From Hemiscyllium ocellatum (Eukaryota), in assembly GCF_020745735.1 (NCBI RefSeq), contig NC_083427.1, positions 6,727,438 through 6,791,437 of the forward strand: a stretch of DNA of 64,000 bases. The letters run 5' to 3'. How positions within the stretch are numbered: the first letter of the stretch is position 1; every line of letters begins with the position of its first letter. Shown here in pieces: positions 60,450 through 64,000 of this stretch. A program made the translations under genes and the position numbers. Under the pieces are notes generated by a model. That model had not been told where the DNA came from. It was given only the letters and a program-made list of their open reading frames with translations, and made no database searches.

Positions 60450-61125
60450 GGATGGCATGGTGGCTGATTGGTTCACACTGCTGCCTCACAACACCAGGGA
60501 CCGGGGTCCGATTCCAGCTTTGAGGGACTAATCTTTGGGGGACACGTTTGCACATTCTTCCCCAGTCTGCAGGTCCCCCTCTGGGTCCCCTAGTTTCCTC
60601 CCACAGTCCAAAGATGGGTAAGTGGGTGAGCAATGGTCAACCTCCTGCCCTCCATTCCCTACGCTGCAACCCCAGCCTCAACATCAAACCCGCAGACCGG
60701 GGGCAGTGGTAGCTTGGCGCATCAATCTCTGCACTGCTGAAGCCAGGCACCAAATCGCAGGTACCACCTCCTGCTGCCCCTTCCACCACAACTTCACCTC
60801 CTATCGCCAAAGCATCATCTCCCAGACTATTCGCAACCTCATCACGTCTGGCAATCTCCCATCTAGAGTTCCATCGTCCATGAACCCCACACTGCCCGGT
60901 TCTACCACCTACCGAAGATTCACCAATCTGACCTCCCCAGTTGTCCCATTGCCTCAGCCTGCTCCTGTCCCATTGAAACCACCTCTGCTCGAGTCTGATC
61001 TCCAGCATCTGCAGTCCTCACTTTCTCCTAGCTGATGTTCACAGGGACCCGTCACAAATCTCCTGTGCTTTTCCAGCACCACTCTAAACCTGACCCTCAT
61101 CTCCAGCATCCGCAGTACACACTCC
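60450..61125 (+). mobile_element. V-SINE fragment plus PLE internal and terminal fragments
   Basis: SINE head at ~60455; IKPAD.GAVVAW..Y..PKIH-like PLE pre-RT DNA; ctccagcatctgcagtcctcact terminus. Confidence 0.6.
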
Positions 61126-61796
61126 GGCCCAGTCTGACACTTCCCAACCCAGTGTGCTTCGGTGCCTTTGTGGACAGGCAAACTTCTGACTGGATACTGC
61201 AACCTGAAGGTACTAAGCATAGCACAGAAAAGATTTATCCCATGCAGTAATCTGTAAAAATTCAAGTGGCCAAAAACTGTTTAAAGTAAAAATTAACAAC
61301 ATTATTTCTTAAAGTATCACAGAGAATAATGAACTAACCACTATTTACAATTTCTTTCTCAAGCCTATCTGTTACATTCCCTTCTATAACACTAGTCCAA
61401 TAAAACTCCCAGTCAAGATTTACAAAACCACACTTCTTATCTCAAAACCAGGCTGTTTTTGTTCTTCTATTTGGATCTTCCTGTGTCTTCTTTCCTCCTT
61501 GTTGGGAATTTCTGCGTCACAGGTTACTGATCGAAAAGGCACTTTTAAGAGAGAGCTATTTTTCAGGCAGTCTGGTTACATGCTTGGCAGTTCTCCTCCC
61601 AACTGTTCAATTTTCCCTGGTCTGATACCCCCCATAGCATCAGTTTGTATCATTGGCTGTTAAGATTGTCAGTATGTGAAATTCAAACTGGATTGCAGTT
61701 TGATATTTTTGGGGGTATAATTTAAACTGATTGGCTGAATTCAAATTTATTTTTTTTGTGCAGGCAACAAGCTAATCGAGTTTTTAGATATGATTA

Positions 61797-62360
61797 AACT
61801 AGATTCCCTACAGTGTGGAAACAGGCCCTTCGGCCCAACCAGTCCACACTGCCCCTCTGAAGAGTAACCCACCCAGACTCATTTCCCTCTAACTAATGCA
61901 CCTAACATTATGGGCAATTTAGCATGGCCAAATCACTTGACCTGCATGGGAAAACTGGAGCTCCCGGAGAAAACCCACACAGATCCGGGCAGAATATGCA
62001 AATTCCACACAGACAGTCACCCAAGGCTGGAATCGAACCTGGGACCTTGGTGCTGTGAGGCAGCAGTGCTGACCACTGAGTCACCATCAGTGTTCAAGCA
62101 AGTTTACATTGTTGCCTTATTGAGAACACTTAGTGCTGTGTCTGGTAGTTCTGCTGCTTTTGACGTTCTTAAAGTACACCCACATCTTCAGAACACAGGA
62201 GTGATGACAAATTGCCCCATATTGTTCTGGGGTGTGTGGATTAGGTACGTTAGTCAGAAGTAATAGGGTAGGGGCAATGGGTCTGCGTGGGTTACTCTTT
62301 CAAGGGTGGGTGTGGATATACTGGGCCGAAGGGCCTGTTTTGACGCTGTAGGGAATCTGT
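61797..62360. mobile_element. V-SINE (- 61797-62085) and SINE 3' half (+ 62210-62360)
   Basis: Conserved SINE motifs. Confidence 0.75.
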
Positions 62361-62954
62361 GGAGGACACAGGATTGGCTGGTGGACGGTAAACAGAGTCA
62401 TTTTCAGCTCGGTGAGCTGGTACTGGTGGAAGGCTGGGTGCAGAAGGGTCACTGTTAAAGCGACAGGGATCTGGGTTCGATTCCAGCCTCGAATTGTTTT
62501 TGTCTCCAGGCAGCAAGCTAATCGAGTTGTTCGAGCAAGTGTCACGTTATTGCCTTATTGAGAATACTTGGTGCTGTGTCCAATCGTTCTGCTACTTTTA
62601 ACTCTCTTACGGTACACCATCATCTTCAGAACACAGGAGTGATGATAACCACCCAGGCAGATGCGATGGTCAATAACAACACGTCTTCTTCCTTTGGAGG
62701 CTCAGGAGGTTTGGCATGACTGTACAGGACCCTCATCAATGTGTTTAGAGACACGTCACGGAAAGCACTCCATTTGGATGCATCGCAGCCTGGTATGGCA
62801 ACCGCTCTGCCCAGGACTGTCAGAAACTATGGAGGGTTGTGAACACAAGCCAGGCCATCACGCAAGCCAACCCCCCTCAACTGTGGAACACCTTTTGTCA
62901 CGGACTGGGCCAGACCCCCTCAAAACATTTTGAGAAAGTAACTTTTGCTCAGAG

Positions 62955-63490
62955 AGGTAAGTGGGAGGGTGGGGGGGGGGGGGGTGTTGGGGCTGGAGGG
63001 GGAAGGTACCTGGGAATGCGATAGGTAAATGGAGGTGGGAGCTGACGGCGATAGGTCGGAGAGGAGGGTGGAGCGGAATCGGTGGGAAGGAAGATGGACA
63101 GGTCATGAAGGTGGCGTCCAGTTGGGAGGTTGGATCTGGGGTGAGGTAGGGGGTAGGGGAAATGAGGAAACCGGTGAAATCCACTTCGATGCCGTGGGGT
63201 TGGAGGGTCCCAAGGCGGAAGATGAGGCGATCTTCCTTCAGGTTTCGGGTGGTTAGGGAAAACGGCGATGGAGGAGGCCCAGGACCTGGGTGTCCTTGGC
63301 AGAGTGGGAGGGGGAGTTGAAGCGACCTTCCTCCCCAGCTTCACCCCCACCTCCCTCCCATTTATCTCTCCACCCCCTCGGCTCACAAGCCGATGAAGGG
63401 TTTTTGCTCGAAACGCCGATTCTCCTGCTCTTCGGATGCTGCCTGACCTGCTGCGCTTTTCCAGCATCTGCACTCCTCACTTTCTCCGAA
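62955..63490. mobile_element. PLE 3' fragment (-) joined to an inverted terminal segment (+) with a degenerate hammerhead
   Basis: FNSPSHSAKDTQVLGLL on the minus strand; ccgatgaagggtttttgctcgaaacgcc at ~63390. Confidence 0.75.
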
Positions 63491-64000
63491 CTCTGTTGGT
63501 TGTTCTAAGTCAGGAGGGACGCAGCTGGTCAAACCCCTTTGTTTTAAACAAAACCGAATTTACCTACTCCATTACCCAATGAAACACAAACAAAACGGAT
63601 TACACTATTCTATTAGATTAGATGAATCTATTTATTAGATTACACTAACTTAACGATGCTGTCCCCAATACTTGCAACAACAAACATAAACATCCCTTGG
63701 CACAACAAGTAAAATCAAACCCAGGGTCTTCCAGGAGAGAATTCGGAGAGAGATTACGAGCATGAACCTGTTTCTTTGGACCATGCTGCTTTCTCCACTC
63801 TGCGCCCAATAGCCAGAGTAATCCAGAGCTTTCAGTCAACAGCCAGACTAATCCAGAGAAAAGCTGACCTGGCAGAACTGGCTGCTCCCCTTTCATTATG
63901 CATGTGTCTGTTTTAATCTTGAAAGCCTTTTGCCTGAGTTCAGTGTCTTTTGATTATAATCAAACCGACCCTAAAGCCTTAACGTGTTTTGAGAAGATTT

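Noticed and set aside
62190-62660. C/D-box snoRNAs at gtgatga motifs
   Set aside because: No properly placed D box or terminal stem that I can see.
61270-64000. Possible solo LTRs (61270-61790, 63500-64000; also 37500-37845 and 39870-40070)
   Set aside because: Composition is suggestive, but I could not find TG...CA ends, a TSD or a PBS.

Overview
Eukaryotic DNA, very likely from a cartilaginous fish (shark), judged from the HE1/V-SINE-type SINEs and HER1/CR1-type LINEs. The window is part of a tandem cluster of four minus-strand poly-C2H2 zinc-finger genes (called ZNF-A to ZNF-D here) with 10, 16, 13 and 13 intact fingers and no visible KRAB, SCAN or BTB domain, plus a finger-less relic exon. 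Each gene has a candidate GC-rich promoter (NRF1, YY1, CCAAT, GC-box or ETS motifs). The rest is a dense nest of CR1 LINEs, V-SINEs, Penelope-like elements (PLEs), a Tx1/L1 fragment, a Tc1/pogo-type MITE, a 47 x 40-bp minisatellite and microsatellites. The most striking hidden signal is about 20 minimal hammerhead-ribozyme motifs (CUGANGA...GAAA with a palindromic ACGU/AGCU helix III) from about four PLE families. Some head ~95-135-nt mini-elements flanked by target-site duplications (TSDs), some sit in foldback insertions next to ZNF splice acceptors, and one intact copy lies in sense orientation in the likely 3' UTR of the extremely GC-rich ZNF-B. Repeat boundaries were read by eye and are approximate.
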